Of a stretch of 64,000 nt of DNA, positions 12,800 through 25,604 are shown in pieces. The notes beneath the pieces are model-generated. The model was not told the DNA's origin and ran no database searches. It was given only the letters and a program-made list of their open reading frames with translations. Every line of letters begins with the position of its first letter. Within the stretch, counting starts at the first letter, position 1. The translations under genes and the position numbers were made by a program. This stretch comes from Felis catus (Eukaryota), in the NCBI RefSeq assembly GCF_018350175.1, contig NC_058368.1, positions 61,568,001-61,632,000 on the forward strand. The letters run 5' to 3'.

Positions 12800-14050
12800 C
12801 TCAGCTCTGCCATACTATGTCAAATGGAATGTTGTCAAAGAAAATTCCATAGAGGGAAATAAGTTAAAGTAAACTGTGCTAACATAACATAGGGGAAAAT
12901 ATAAAAGTAAGAGTTATATAGCATACAAGGGATTGATGGATAATCAATTTTAGAAGAAAAAATAACTAGAGAAATATCCTAAAAAATCATTATGTGCTTT
13001 ACATTATAAGATAAAATTCTAAGTTGAGATAATATGTAAAGTAAGTCTGATGAAGTAAAATGAACTTTTAAGACTTACAGAAACTAACCAAAATGGAAGA
13101 AACAGGATTAAACAAATAATACCTAATACATAAATTACAAACAGAAGAGACATTGGTGATAATTAAAACATTGAGATTGGGGGGGGGGGGAAAGCTAATA
13201 TAATTGTAATGAATCCAGAAGACAAAGAGGAAGAGAGATTAAAATTATTAAATAAGTAGTTTAATGCATGTGTAGGACAAAGAATATAATATAAAACATT
13301 TGGCTATTTGAGGTTTCTAAAGTACAAAAACTCCACTAAGGGAAAATAAAAAATTTCAATGTTTGAAGAATTGCTTTCTTGAGATGAATCAACAAATGAA
13401 TTCATATATTGCAAGTAGAAGTACACATTGATTTAGAAAAATTACCTAATCTGACTTATATTGTTGAATTTTAGAAATAAATATCGGAGTTAATGGATAA
13501 ACAAACAAACAAACAAACAAACCCGTGCACTTAATAGGAAAATTCAGTCTGGATTCCAAATTATGTATAGCATTTTACAAAGCCAGATGGGGCAATTTAT
13601 GAAGAGAAAAATAGTATATCCTAACAGGGTTATTCTCAGCTCGGTAGTCTTAACACTACAAAGGCAACAGAGAAAATCTTAATTATACAAGGAGTCATGG
13701 AATATAAAACCCATGAGCTTATGTTGGAAAGGAAAAACACAACTTGATGACTAAATCTAGGCAACCAATAAATGAATAAATAATAGACAATGTGTCCAGT
13801 AGTAAGCTTTGGATAATTTAATCTGAAGCTAAAACTAAGAGAGAAAATGATAGGAAAAGGTAGTGTAATGTTTATTAACTTTTAGATATGAGACTAAAAT
13901 ATAATTCTACTTATTACCTATGGAGAGAGGGAAGGATAACTAAGCATATGGATTTTTTTTTAATTGGAGGGGAGTTAATAAACAAAGTCTTTATTTGTAT
14001 ACCAAAAGTAAAGTTATTCTCTTTTTATTTATTTAGAGAACTAGTAAAAA
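12800..14050 (+). mobile_element. HAL1 (half-L1, ORF1-only) remnant
   Basis: aaaattcagtctgg...caaagccaga...caaaggcaacaga...caaggagtcatggaatataaaacccatgagc resembles the HAL1 ORF1 3' region. Confidence 0.55.
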
Positions 14051-14059
14051 ATAACAAGT

Positions 14060-14710
14060 AAAATGAAATCTGCCATTTACGACAATATGGATAGACCTAG
14101 AGGAAATTGTGCTAAATGAAATATATCAGGCAGAGAAAGACAAATACCAGAAACAAAACAAACACACAAACAGTATCTAAAAAAGAAGCAGGCTGATAAA
14201 TACAGAGAACAAACTAGTGGTTGCCAGAGGGAAGGGGATTTGAGGAGAGGTAAAATAGATGAAGGGGATTCAGAAGTGCACACTTTCAGTTATAAAATAA
14301 ATAAGAGGATGACAAGTAAAGCCTAGGGAATACAGCCAATAATATGATGATAACATTGTGTGATGACAGATGGTAACTATACTTATTGTGGTGAGTGTAT
14401 CATAATGTATATAATTGCTGAATCACCATGTTTCACATATGAAACTAAGATATATCAGATATACTTAATTTTTTTTAACATTTATTTATTATTGAGTGAC
14501 AGAGAGACACAGAGCGTGAGCAGGGAAGGGGTAGAGAGAGGGGAAGACAAAGAATCTGAAGTAGGCTCCAGGCTCTGAGCTGTCCACACAGTTTATGGGG
14601 CTTGAACTCACAAACTTTGAGATCATGACCTGAGCCGAAGTTGGTCACCTAACCAACTGAGCCACCGAGGCGCCCCTATGTCAGATATACTTAAATTAAA
14701 ACTTAAAAAG
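14060..14710 (+). mobile_element. Carnivore L1 3' end (5' truncated)
   Basis: aatgaaatctgccattt...cagagaaagacaaatacc...cagttataaaataaataag...tgacagatggtaactatactt. Confidence 0.85.
14469..14676 (-). mobile_element. Can-SINE
   Basis: 18-bp TSD tat(a/g)tcagatatacttaa at 14451-14468 and 14677-14694. Confidence 0.95.
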
Positions 14711-14872
14711 AACAACATCAACAACAAAAGAAACTAAAAACAAAGTAACAGCAACTTTCTAAATTGGAAACACAATCCATTAAAACAGCTGCATGAACTT
14801 ACACTAACGGAAGAGGGCACTGTAAACTACCCCAAAGTGCCAAGTCTAAAAACTAGTGGTTTACACCTATAC

Positions 14873-15090
14873 TAGAAGCTGACAAACTTTTCCCCAACAT
14901 AACTAGATATTATATATTTTCAGCTGTGTGAGACATACAATTCTTGTCATGTCTACTCAACTGTACTAATAGTATGCAGTCAGCCACAGATAATAGATAA
15001 ATAATAGACATGACTTTATTCCAATAACTTTGTTAACCATAACAAGTGCCAGGCCTGATTTGATCTCTTGACTATAGTTTATGACCATTA
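14873..15090. mobile_element. MER58A-like hAT-Charlie MITE
   Basis: gacaaacttttt...ctactcaact...cagccacagataat...ttccaataa...gatttg...ctatagttt. Confidence 0.7.
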
Positions 15091-15229
15091 ATCTAATCAT
15101 ATCTACTGTAATATGGAAAATAATCAAAATATTTTAGTCAATGAAAGTTTCCTTCCAAAATGACACTACTCGGAAATAAATTAAACACACTACAAAATGA
15201 AGTGAATATTCTTGAACAAGTATTCAAAA

Positions 15230-15910
15230 GTCGCCGTGAATCCTAAATCCCAAAACAAAGAAATGGGCAAAAAAAGCAGGAAAATAAGAGAGTGTAATCA
15301 GGGAGGAAAGGACAAAAATACCAAAACAGTGTCAGGAATAAAAACTAAATTACAAAGTGTTCAGTGAAGAATAAGTTCCAATGAAAATTGAATAAAATGA
15401 ATTGAATAAAATTAGAAGAATAAGAAAGAAAATACAAAATAAGGAAAGGAATACGAAATGTCAAATACAAACTAATTGAAATTGAAGAGAAGCAACGGTA
15501 ATCAAATCATTATAATTTAAATTCTTTTAGTGGAGAAATGAAACAATGAAAAGGAAATTATATTTACATCTATAATCTAAGAAAATTTTTGAGAAACAAA
15601 GGAAGAATTGATAAAGACCACCAGGTACGTAGGACAATTTACAAAAAACACTGAGACAATTACTATTAAAACTGTTGGGCTTTAGGGATACCCGGGTGGC
15701 TCAGTCAGTTAAGTGCCTCTTGATTTTGGCTCAGGTCATGATCTCAAGGTTTGTGAGTTTGAGCCCCGCATTGGGCTCTGCACTGACAGTGCAGAACCTA
15801 CTTGGGATTCTCTCTCTGCCCCCCTCCCCGACCTCTCTCTCTGTCAAAATAAACAAAACATTAAAAAAAAAAAACTATTGGGCTTTAATAGTAAAGAAAT
15901 AAATAATGTT
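15230..15910 (+). mobile_element. HAL1/L1 ORF1-like remnant
   Basis: A-rich ORF1-like sequence ending tactattaaaactgttgggcttta...aaagaaa. Confidence 0.5.
15685..15870 (+). mobile_element. Can-SINE
   Basis: 17-bp TSD aaaact(g/a)ttgggcttta at 15668-15684 and 15871-15887. Confidence 0.95.
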
Positions 15911-16590
15911 GATCCCAGTTTTTGACAAGAAAAGTACAAGATGAACCTAGAAAATAAGAATATGTTTTGTACTAGAAAAAAAAGAATATGTTGAAAAAAA
16001 AGATGGGGAACTGTCAATCCATAAAGGAGACAGATTAAAGTGGCATTAAATTAAAATAAATACAATTAAATATTTATAACCTATAGAATAAAAGAATCCA
16101 TCAGTCCACACTTACATAAATGAATATAAAAATAAATAGGGTAGAAGACAAAGCTCTTCAATACAGTATCACAAAAAAAAAATACATGTAGATGAACTGC
16201 TAGGATTAAAAGTCATTATTTGAAAGCCATCCTGTTAATAATTATTCATGAAAGAAGCTTTCATGGATGGTAAAACCAATGAATGAAATTTTGTTGAGGT
16301 TAAGGACATTTACATAGTCAAAATGTCTACCCACAAATTATTTATTAATAGCAATGGGGGAAATAATTACAGAATAAAACCTGGCAGATGCTACCTTAAT
16401 CAAGTGATCAAAGTAAATTATCTACAGAAAAAGGAGAAATAAAAAGCATGTGCCATATGTTAGGATTCAAAGAGAAGGATACGACTCACTTTTGTTTTTT
16501 GTTTCATTTCTCCAAGAAAAGTAGCCTGAAATTATTACTAGGAAATATCAAACTCAAGTTGATGGATATTGCATAATATAACTGATGAAT
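15905..16590 (+). mobile_element. Old L1 (L1MC4-like) 3'UTR fragment
   Basis: tacaagatgaacctag, aagaatccatcagtccacact, aaacctggcagatgctaccttaatcaagtgatcaaagt. Confidence 0.7.
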
Positions 16591-17590
16591 TAAAGTGGCA
16601 TCTCGTGATTTTAAACTTGTTTTTTTCCCTATGATTTAGAAAGTAGGCTATAATTCTTTATGTCTGTGTTTGTTCTCCAACAAAATACCTGTTATTCAAT
16701 TATTTTTGTTTTTTATTGATTTTTAGGAATTATCTATTAAAATGCTGGTTTTGGCTACATGCACTGATCATATTTGCTTCAATTTTTTTCAAAGTATGTT
16801 ATTAATTACAATTTAATTTATCCATATTTTGTGTCAAACATAAATTTTAAACTTGCTTAACATATCCCCTCTACTCCAAAGTGATAAATAGATTGTATGT
16901 TATACTCTCTTAACATTTTCAATCTTTACTTCTCATATTTTAAACTTTTAATCATCTTCCTGAGCTTATTGTTCTGTGACAGGAGAAAAAAATGCAGTCA
17001 AAAAAATAATTGTCCTAGAACAAAATTATTTTGGGTATTCTATGAAGATAATTGCCTCATCGATGAAATATGACATTTTTTATTCTTTCTTTCTAGTCCT
17101 TAGGTTTTTACTACATTTAACTGTCTTACTGCATTGTCAAAAATCATCATTCAATAAAAAATAAAATAGGAAATAGTTGGAACCTAGTCCTCTTGATTTT
17201 AAAATGAATGCTTCTGACATTCCAACATTAAATATGATAATTACACTAGATTGGAGTAGGTATCCATTATTCAGTGTAAAGAAGTTTTCTGCTACTCTTG
17301 GTTTATTAAGAGCTTTTCTGATTAATCAGCATTGCACTTTATTGAATGTACTTTCTGTTTCTAATGAAAAGATTAAGAGGTATTTTGGTTTAATTTTTAA
17401 TACAGTACAATTCCATAATAGACTTGCTATTAGTAAACCAAACTTGTATGCACAGCTTAAAATTCATCTGTCATTATATACCATATTATTTAATAGTCCT
17501 GTACAATTTGGCAGTATTATCTTAAAGATTGTTTCAGCCATTTTCTTGTGTGGTTGGAACTCTACTTCTCCTTTCTTGTGGAGTCCTTGT
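16590..17590 (-). mobile_element. Ancient L1 (L1ME-like) ORF2 fragments
   Basis: Antisense L1 motifs (gtggcatctcgtgattttaa, aatgaatgcttctgacattccaacattaaatatga, gaagttttctgctactctt). Confidence 0.55.
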
Positions 17591-17786
17591 CTAGGATGCC
17601 ATGGTACAGACAGCAACCGCCAAGGAGACAACAAAATGTTTAGCATGAGGCTCAAACATTGGGCAAAGACCTCTGGCAAAATCATGGAAAATATATGGCA
17701 GCATCCGATGAATTTGAAACCTGCAGTGCACTGAAAGCAACCATAGCAGCAGTAACAGCAACTAATTTTTCTATAATAACAGCAGC

Positions 17787-17830
<44 letters not shown>
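17787..17830. repeat. (AAT)n microsatellite
   Basis: Direct. Confidence 0.95.
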
Positions 17831-17997
17831 CAATAATAACACCAAATAATTTTACTCATTTCTGAATGATTAACCCAGTCCCTTACACTAATTCACTGAG
17901 AAGAAATGTGTCTATTTACAAGTGCAAATTAAAGATTTTAAAACCTGTTAAGGGGGAACAATTTCAGCATCAGATCTTTGTAACATCTTCCCCCTCT

Positions 17998-18752
17998 CCA
18001 ATTTTATTGAGAAATAACTGATCTATATCACCATATAAGTTTAAGGTATACAGCATGACAACTTGATTTACATATATTGTGAAGTGATTACCACAATAGG
18101 TGCAGCTAACATACATCTTCTCATATAGGTATAATAAAAAGAAAAGAAAGTTCTCCTTATTAAGAGAATTCTTAATACTCTCTTAAGAACTTTCCTGTAC
18201 TGTGGTGTTAGCGATAAACCTCACATTGTGCATTATATTCCTAGTACTTCTTATTTAAACTTATAACTGGAAGTTTGTATCTTTGGGCCACGTTCCTCCA
18301 TCCCCCTCCGTTCCTCCACCACTATCTACCTCTGGTAACCACAAGTCTGATCTTTTTTCTGTGAATCTGGGTTTGTTTGTTTGTCTGTTTGTTTTAGATT
18401 CCACAAATAGGTGAGATCATATAGTAGTTGTCTTTCTCTTTTTTACTCATTTCACTTAATGTAATGCCTTTACAAGTTCATTCATGTTGTCATTAATGGT
18501 AGGATTTCCACATTTTTAAAAAATGTTTATTTATTTACTTTGAGAGAGAGAAAGAGAATGAGCAGGGAGGGGCAGAGAGAAAGGGAGAGAGAGAGAATTC
18601 CAACCCAAACAAGCTTCCCACAGTCAGTGCGGAGCCTGATGCAGAGCTCAAACTCACAAACCATGAGATCATGACCTGAGCCGAAACCAAGAGTGGGATG
18701 CTTAACTGACTGAACCACCCAGGTTCCCCGGATTTCCTCATTTTTAATGACT
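17998..18752 (-). mobile_element. L1MA9/carnivore L1 3' end
   Basis: ttttattgagaaataactga...tataagtttaaggtatacagcatga...ttataactggaagtttgta. Confidence 0.85.
18513..18729 (-). mobile_element. Can-SINE
   Basis: TSD ggatttcc(a/t)catttttaa. Confidence 0.95.
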
Positions 18753-18849
18753 AAATCTTTTTAAGGTGTTTTGGTCTTTCAGTTAAGGAGTTTTCTTGAG
18801 GCAGTAAAGTGTGACAAATGAAAGTTTACCTCATTTTTTTTTTTTTTTA

Positions 18850-18990
18850 CCATTTCTAAGGGCTTATTGTCCTTCATTTCCTAATATCCACTGTTGAAAA
18901 CCATTGTTTCATATATTTTGTCCAATTCTGGGGCCTGGTGTTGTTTCATATGGGATAGTAATTCTGATTTCCCTTATTCTGTCTTGAAAG
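18850..18990 (-). mobile_element. Old L1 5'-region fragment
   Basis: tgaaaaccattgtttcatatattttgtcca motif. Confidence 0.55.
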
Positions 18991-19222
18991 ATATGAGGAA
19001 GCTAGTTAAATGGATACTTTAAGGAAAACTTCCAGGAAGAAGAACTAGCTTTTGGAGGAGTTACAAGGAAGCCAGTGAGGCTGGAGTAGAGTGAAAAAAA
19101 TCTTATATTTTTTGAACAATTACTTCTGGGAAAGAAACATGTTTTTATTTAGTTCAAGTCCTAAACCAATTTTATTGAGGCAAATTTTCTTTTTTTTTTT
19201 TTTGAAGTAAACTTGTAAATTA

Positions 19223-19733
19223 CAGATCTTCCTTTACTTACAGAGGGATTGCATTCCAGTGAATTCACTGTTAGTGGAAAATATCGTAAATTGAAAATGC
19301 ATTAAATATACCTAACTTACCAAACATCACAGCTATCCTAGCCTTCCCTAGATGTGCTCAGAACACACAGTAGCCTATAGATGGGCAAGATCATCTAACA
19401 CCAAGCTTATTTCATTATAAAGTGTTGAATAGCTCATGTAATTTGTTGAATACTGTACTGAAAGTGAAAAAGCAGAATCACTGAATGGGTATAAAATGGT
19501 TGTCAGTGTATACATTGTTGACCCTTGTTATCGCATGGCTGTCTGGGAGCTACAGCTTGCTGCCACTGCCCAGCCTTATGAGAGATGTGATATTGTCTCA
19601 TATATCACTAACCCCAGGAAAAAAAATCCAAGTTGAAAATTTGAAGCAGGGTATTTGCTAAATGCACATTGCTTTCCCACCATTGTAGAGTAGAAAATCA
19701 TAAGTCAAAGCATCATAAATTGGGGACGGTCTG
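19223..19733 (+). mobile_element. Tigger-family non-autonomous DNA transposon (MER47/Tigger5-like)
   Basis: TA-CAGAT... left end and ...GGGGACGGTCTG right end form degenerate TIRs; internal gaaaatgcatt...cctaac...tgtgctcagaacac...atcatctaacac. Confidence 0.85.
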
Positions 19734-19941
19734 AAATTATTTTCAATAGTGATGTATAACTCATATTCGTTATAGCATAACAAAACAGAACACAGGACTC
19801 TATATCTATAATTATGTCTTGGGAAACAAAAATTTTGAGTTTGTTAGATAAAAAGTCCTAAGAATTATCATTTCCTTGAGCTTGAGCAATGAGATTTTCT
19901 TCTAGCAAATATTTCATTCTCAAGTTTATGAAACTGTCATA

Positions 19942-20092
19942 GTGACACAGGGTCTGGCGCCCGCAGACCCACACTTTTCAGACTCCAGCAGTTCACTCCG
20001 GAGTTTCTCTGCTTTAGGAAAACATTGCTCAGTTCCTTTTATCCATGGTGCTTTCCTGAATGTCAAAATGCCATTTTAAAAGGATTCAACTT
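19942..20092 (+). other. Putative 5'-transduced non-L1 sequence co-inserted with the L1
   Basis: Lies inside the TSD gaaactgtcata (19930-19941 and 25609-25620) but upstream of the L1 5' end. Confidence 0.7.
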
Positions 20093-20098
20093 GGAGGG

Positions 20099-20111
20099 GC
20101 CAAAATGGCGG
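20099..20111 (+). promoter_or_regulatory. YY1-type motif at the L1 5' end
   Basis: CAAAATGGCGG, the YY1 site typical of mammalian L1 internal promoter starts. Confidence 0.7.
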
Positions 20112-20486
20112 AGAAGTAGGGGGATCCATACTTCTTGCATCTCTTAAACAAAGAAGTGCAGAAGCCAAAGGACTTTGAACACCAGAGCCTGGGAGGAAAA
20201 GAGACTGAATTTACTAGGAGAAAATGTGAAAGCTGGAAAAAAGAGAGGGCTACTCCAAGGAACAAATCAAAGAACACCTGGTGGAGAGTCCAAACTATCA
20301 CTACAAGTAGGATAATAAAATAATCAAAGTCACAACAGCAGAGAACAAGTAACAATATCCAAAAAAACACCTCCTGAAGGGCCAGGCTGTGGACAGTGTA
20401 TGACCCTCCTTTAATATAGCAGGGCTCGCAGGTGCAGAGAACACAACAAGCTTTTAAAATGCATAAGGGACAGAAAACTAGCCAAA

Positions 20487-21377
20487 ATGATGAAACAGAA
20501 GAATTCTCCTCAAAAGAAATTCCAGGAAGTAGAGACAGCTAACAAATTGATCAAAACCAATTTAAGCAATATAACGGAACATGAATTTAGAATAATAGTC
20601 ATAAAATTAATTGCTGGGCTTGAAAAAAGCATAGAGGAGAGCAGAGAATCTATTGCTACAGAGATCAAGGGACTAAAAAATAGTCATGATGAATTAAAAA
20701 TATTATAAATGAGGTGCAAAATAAAATGGAGGTGGCCACAGCACAGATTGAAGAGGCAGAGGGGAGAATAGGTGAATTAGAAGATAAAATTATGGAAAAA
20801 GAGGAAGCTGAGAAAAAGAGAGATACAAAAATCCAGGAGTATGAGGGGAGAATTAGAGAGCTGAGTGATGCAATCAGACAGAACAATATCCGTATCATAG
20901 GGATTCCAGAAGAAGAAGAAGAAGAGAGAGAGAAAGGGGCTGAAGGTGTACTTGAACATATAATAGCTGAGAACTTCCCTGACCTGAGGAAGGAAGCAGG
21001 CATTGAAATCCAAGAGGCACAGAGAACTCCCTTCAGACGTAACTTGAATCCATCTTCTGCATGATATATCATAGTGAAACTGGCAAAATACAAGGATAAA
21101 GAGAGAATTCTGAAAGCAGCTGGGGATAAATGTGCCTTAACATAAAAAGGTAGACACAAAAGGGTAGTAACAAACCTATCTACTGAAACTTGGCAGGCCC
21201 CAAAGGAAAATCTTCAATGTGATGAAGAGGAAAAATATGCAGCCAAGAATCCTTTACCCAGCAAGTTTATCATTCAGAATAGAAGGAGAGATAAAGGTTT
21301 TCCCAATCAAACAAAAACTGAAGGAATTCATCACCACTAAACCAGCCCTACAAGAGATCCTAAGGAGGACTCTGTGA
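20487..21377 (+). pseudogene. L1 ORF1p (RNA-binding chaperone), disrupted
   Basis: MMKQKNSPQK..., coiled coil, NNIRIIGIPE, ENFPDL, IEIQEAQRTP; frameshift near 20705, stop at 21062-21064, further lesions. Confidence 0.93.
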
Positions 21378-21445
21378 GTGAAATGGTGCAAGGACCACAA
21401 AGTACCAGAGATACCACTACAAGCATGAAACCTACAGATATAACA

Positions 21446-24400
21446 ATACCTCTAAACCCATATCTTTCAATAATAACATTTACTGTAAATGGACTAAATA
21501 CTGCAACAAAAAGACATAGGTTATCAGAATGGATAAAAAAACAAGACCCATCTATTTGCTGTCTACAAGAGACTCATCTTAGACCTGAGGACACCTTGAG
21601 ATTGAAAGTGAGGGGATGGAGAACTATCTATCATACTACTGGAAGTCAAAAGAAAGCTGGAATAGCCATACTTATATTAGATGAACTAGACTTTAAATTA
21701 AAGGCTGTAACAAGAGATGAAGAAGGGTATTATATGATAATTACAGAGTTTATCAGGAAGAGCTAACAATTATAACTTTCTATGCACCGATTCGCAAGCA
21801 CCCAAATATGTAAAACAATCACAAACATAAGCAACCTTATTGATAAGAATGTGGTAATTGCAGGAGACTTTAATACTCCACTTACAACAATGGATAGACC
21901 ATCTAGACAGAGAATCAATAAAGAAACAAGGGCCCTGAATGATACATTGGATCAGATGGACTTGACAGATATATTTAGAACTCTGCATCCCAAAGCAACA
22001 GAATGTACTTTCTTCTTGAGTGCACATGGAACATTGTCCAAGGTAGATCACATACTGGGTCACAAAGCAGCTATTCATAAGTATAAAAGAACTGAGATCA
22101 TACCATGCACACTTTCAGACCACAATGCTATGAAACTTGAAATCAACCACAGGAAAAAGTCTGGAAAACCGCCAAAAGCATGGAGGCTAAAGAGCATCCT
22201 ACTAAAGAATGAATGGGTCAACCAGGCAATTAGAGAAGAAATTAAAAAATATATGGAAACAAATTAAAATGAAAATATAACAATCCAAACGCTTCAGGAT
22301 GCAGCAAAGGCAGTCCTGAGGGGAAAATACATTGCAATCCAGGCCTATCTCAAGAAACAAGAAAAATCCCAAATACAAAATCTAACAGCACACACAAAGG
22401 TACTAGAAGCAGAACAGCAAAAACACCCCAAACCCAGCAGAAGAAGAGAAATAATAAAGATCAGAGCAGAAATACACAATATAGAAGAATCTAAAAAACA
22501 GTAGAGCAGATCAATGAAACCAAGAGTTGGTTTTTTGAAAAATTAAATAAAATTGATAAACCTTTAGCCAGGCTTCTCAAAAAGAAAAGGGAGAGGACCC
22601 CAATAATAAAATCACGAGTGAAAATGGAATTATTACAACCAATCCCTCAGAAATGCAAGCAATTATCAGGGAATACTATGAAAAATTATATGCCAACAAA
22701 CTGGACAACCTGAAAGAAATGGACAAATTCCTAAGCACCCACGCACTTCTACAACTCAAACGGGAAGAATTAGAAAATCTGAACAGACCTGTAGCCAGTG
22801 ATGAAATTGAATCAGTTATCAAAAATCTCCCAAGAAGAATCCAGGACCAGATGGCTTCCCTGGGGAATTCTACCAGACATGTAAAGGAGAGATAATACCT
22901 ATCCTTCTCAAGTTGTCCCAAAAAATAGAAAGGGAAGGACAACTTCCAGACTCATTCTATGAAGCCAGCATAACTTTGATTCCTAAACCAGAGACCCAGC
23001 AAAAAAAAAAAAAAGAGAACTACAGGCCAAAATCCCTGATTAATATGGATGCAAAAATTCTCGGTAAGATACTAGCAAATCGAATTCAACAGCATATAAA
23101 AAGCATTATTCACCATGATCAAGTGGGATTCATTCCTGGGCTGCAGGGCTGGTTCAATATTTGCAAATCAATCAATGTGATACATCACATGAATAAAAGA
23201 AAAGATAAGAACCATAGGATCAGTGCAGAAAAAGCATTTGACAAAATTCAGCATCCTTTCTTCAACAAAAACCCTCTAGAAAGTCGGGATAGACAGAACA
23301 TACTTAAACATCATAAAAGCCATTTATGAAAAGCCCACAGCTACCATCATCCTCAATGGGGAAAAACTGAGAGCTTTTTCCCTGAGATCAGGAACATGAC
23401 CGGGATGTCCACTCTCACCGCTGTTGTTTAACATAGTGTTGGAAGCTCTAGCATCAGCAATCAGACAACAAAAGGAAATCAAAGGCATCAAAATTAGCAA
23501 AGATGAAGTCAAGCTTTCACTTTTTGCAGATGACATGATACTATACATGGAAAACCCAACAGACTCCACCAAAAGTCTGCTAGAACTGACGTATGAATTC
23601 AGCAAAGTTGCAGGATACAAAATTAATGTACAGAAATCAGTTGCATTTTTATACACCAATAATGAAGCAACAGAAAGACATATAAAGAAATTGATCCCAT
23701 TCACAATTGCACCATTAATTACCATAAATTCCTAGGAATAAATACTGTAAAATATCTAGGAATAAAATACCATAAGTGCCATAAAATACCTAGGAATAAA
23801 CTTAACCAAAGATGTAAAAGATCTGTATGCTGAAGACTATAGAAAACTTATGAAGGAAATTAAAGAAGATACAAAGAAATGGAAAAAACATTATATGCTC
23901 ATGGATTGGAAGGATAAATATTGTTAAATGTCAATACTACCCAAAGCAATCTACACATTCAACACAATCCCTATCAAAATTGCACAAGCATTCTTCTCAA
24001 AGCTAGAAAAAACAATCCTAAAATTTGCATGGAACCACAAAAGACCCTGAATAGCCAAAGTAATATTGAAGAAGAAAACCAAAGTGGGAGCCATCACAAT
24101 CCCAGACTTTAGCCTCTACTACAAAGCTGTAATCATCAAGACAGTATGGTATTGCACAAAAACAGACACATAGACCAATGGAATAGAATAGAGACTCCAG
24201 ATTTGGACCCACAAATGTACGACCAACTAATCTTTGACAAAGCAGGAAAGAATATCCAATGTATAAAAGACAGTCTCTTTAACAAATGGTGCTGGGAGAA
24301 CTGGACAGCAACATGCAGAAGAATGAAACTATATCCCTTTTTTTAACCATTCAGAAAAAGAAACTAAAAATGGATGAAGGACCTGAATGTGAGACAGGAA

Positions 24401-25323
24401 ACCATCAAAACCCTAGAGGAGAAAGCAGGAAAAAACCTCTCTAACCTCAGCTGCAGCAATTTCTTACTCAACACATCTCGAAAGGCAAGGGAATTAAAAG
24501 CAAAAATGAACTATTGAGACCTCATGAAGATAAAAAGCTTCTGTGCTGCAAAGGAAACAATCAACAAAAGTAAAAGGCAACTGGCAGAATGGGAAAAGAT
24601 ATTTGCAAATGACATAATGACCTATTGGATAAAGGGCTCATATCCAAAATCTATAAAGAACTCACCAAACTCCACACCTGAAAAAAAAATAATCCAGTGA
24701 AGAAATGGGCAGAAGACATGAATAGACACTTTTCTAAAGAAGACATCCATATGGCCAACAGGCACATCAAAAGATGCTCAATGTCACTCCTCATCAGGGA
24801 AATACAGATCAAAGCCACACTGAGATACTACCTCATACCAGTCAGTCAGAGTGGCTAAAATTAACAAATCAGAAGACTATAGATGCTGGAGAGAATGCGG
24901 AGAAACAGGAACCCTCTTGCACTGTTGGTGGGAATGCAAATTGGTGCAGCCACTCTGGAAAACAGTGTGGAGGTTCCTCAGAAAATTAAAAATAGACCTA
25001 CCCTATGACCCAGCAATAGCACTGCTAGGAATTTACCCAAGGGGTACAGGAGTGCTGATGCATAGGGGCACTTGTACCCCAATGTTTATAGCAGCACTTT
25101 CAACAATATCCAAATTATGAAAGAGCCTAAATGTCCATCAACTGATGAATGGATAAAGAAGATGTGGTTAATATATACAATGAAATACTACTTGGCAATG
25201 AGAAAGAATGAAATCTGGCCATTTGTAGCAACATGGATGGAACTGGAGATTGTTATGTTAAGTGAAATAATTCATACAGAGAAAGACAGATATCATATGT
25301 TTTCACTCATATGTGGATCCTGA
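21446..25323 (+). pseudogene. L1 ORF2p (APE endonuclease + reverse transcriptase), disrupted
   Basis: [58 protein letters not shown]; start codon appears mutated to ATA; many frameshifts and stops. Confidence 0.95.
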
Positions 25324-25532
25324 GAAACTTAATAGAAGACCAGGGAGGAGGGGAAGGGGGAAAAAAAGTTACAGAGAGGAAAGGAGGCAAACCCTAAGAG
25401 ACTCTTAAATACTGAGAATAAAGTGAGGGTTGATGGGGGTGGGGGAGAGGGGAAAGTGGGTGATGGACATTGAGGAGGGAACCTGTTGGGATGAGCACTG
25501 GGTATTGTATGGAAACCAATTTGACAATAATT

Positions 25533-25604
25533 TATATATATATACACACACACACACATACATACATAATACATACATATATACATATATATGTATATAT
25601 ATAT
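25533..25604. repeat. Compound (TA)n/(CA)n/(TACA)n microsatellite at the L1 tail position
   Basis: Direct; sits between the L1 3' end and the right TSD. Confidence 0.9.

Noticed and set aside
17177..17734. Longest ORF in the track (185 aa, +)
   Set aside because: Non-ATG start, lies antisense to a decayed L1, no recognisable domain
17464..17865. Poly-Tyr / poly-Ile ORFs
   Set aside because: Translations of the (AAT)n microsatellite
23714..23800. Short spaced direct repeats superficially CRISPR-like
   Set aside because: Mammalian L1-internal duplication; no unique spacers and no cas genes
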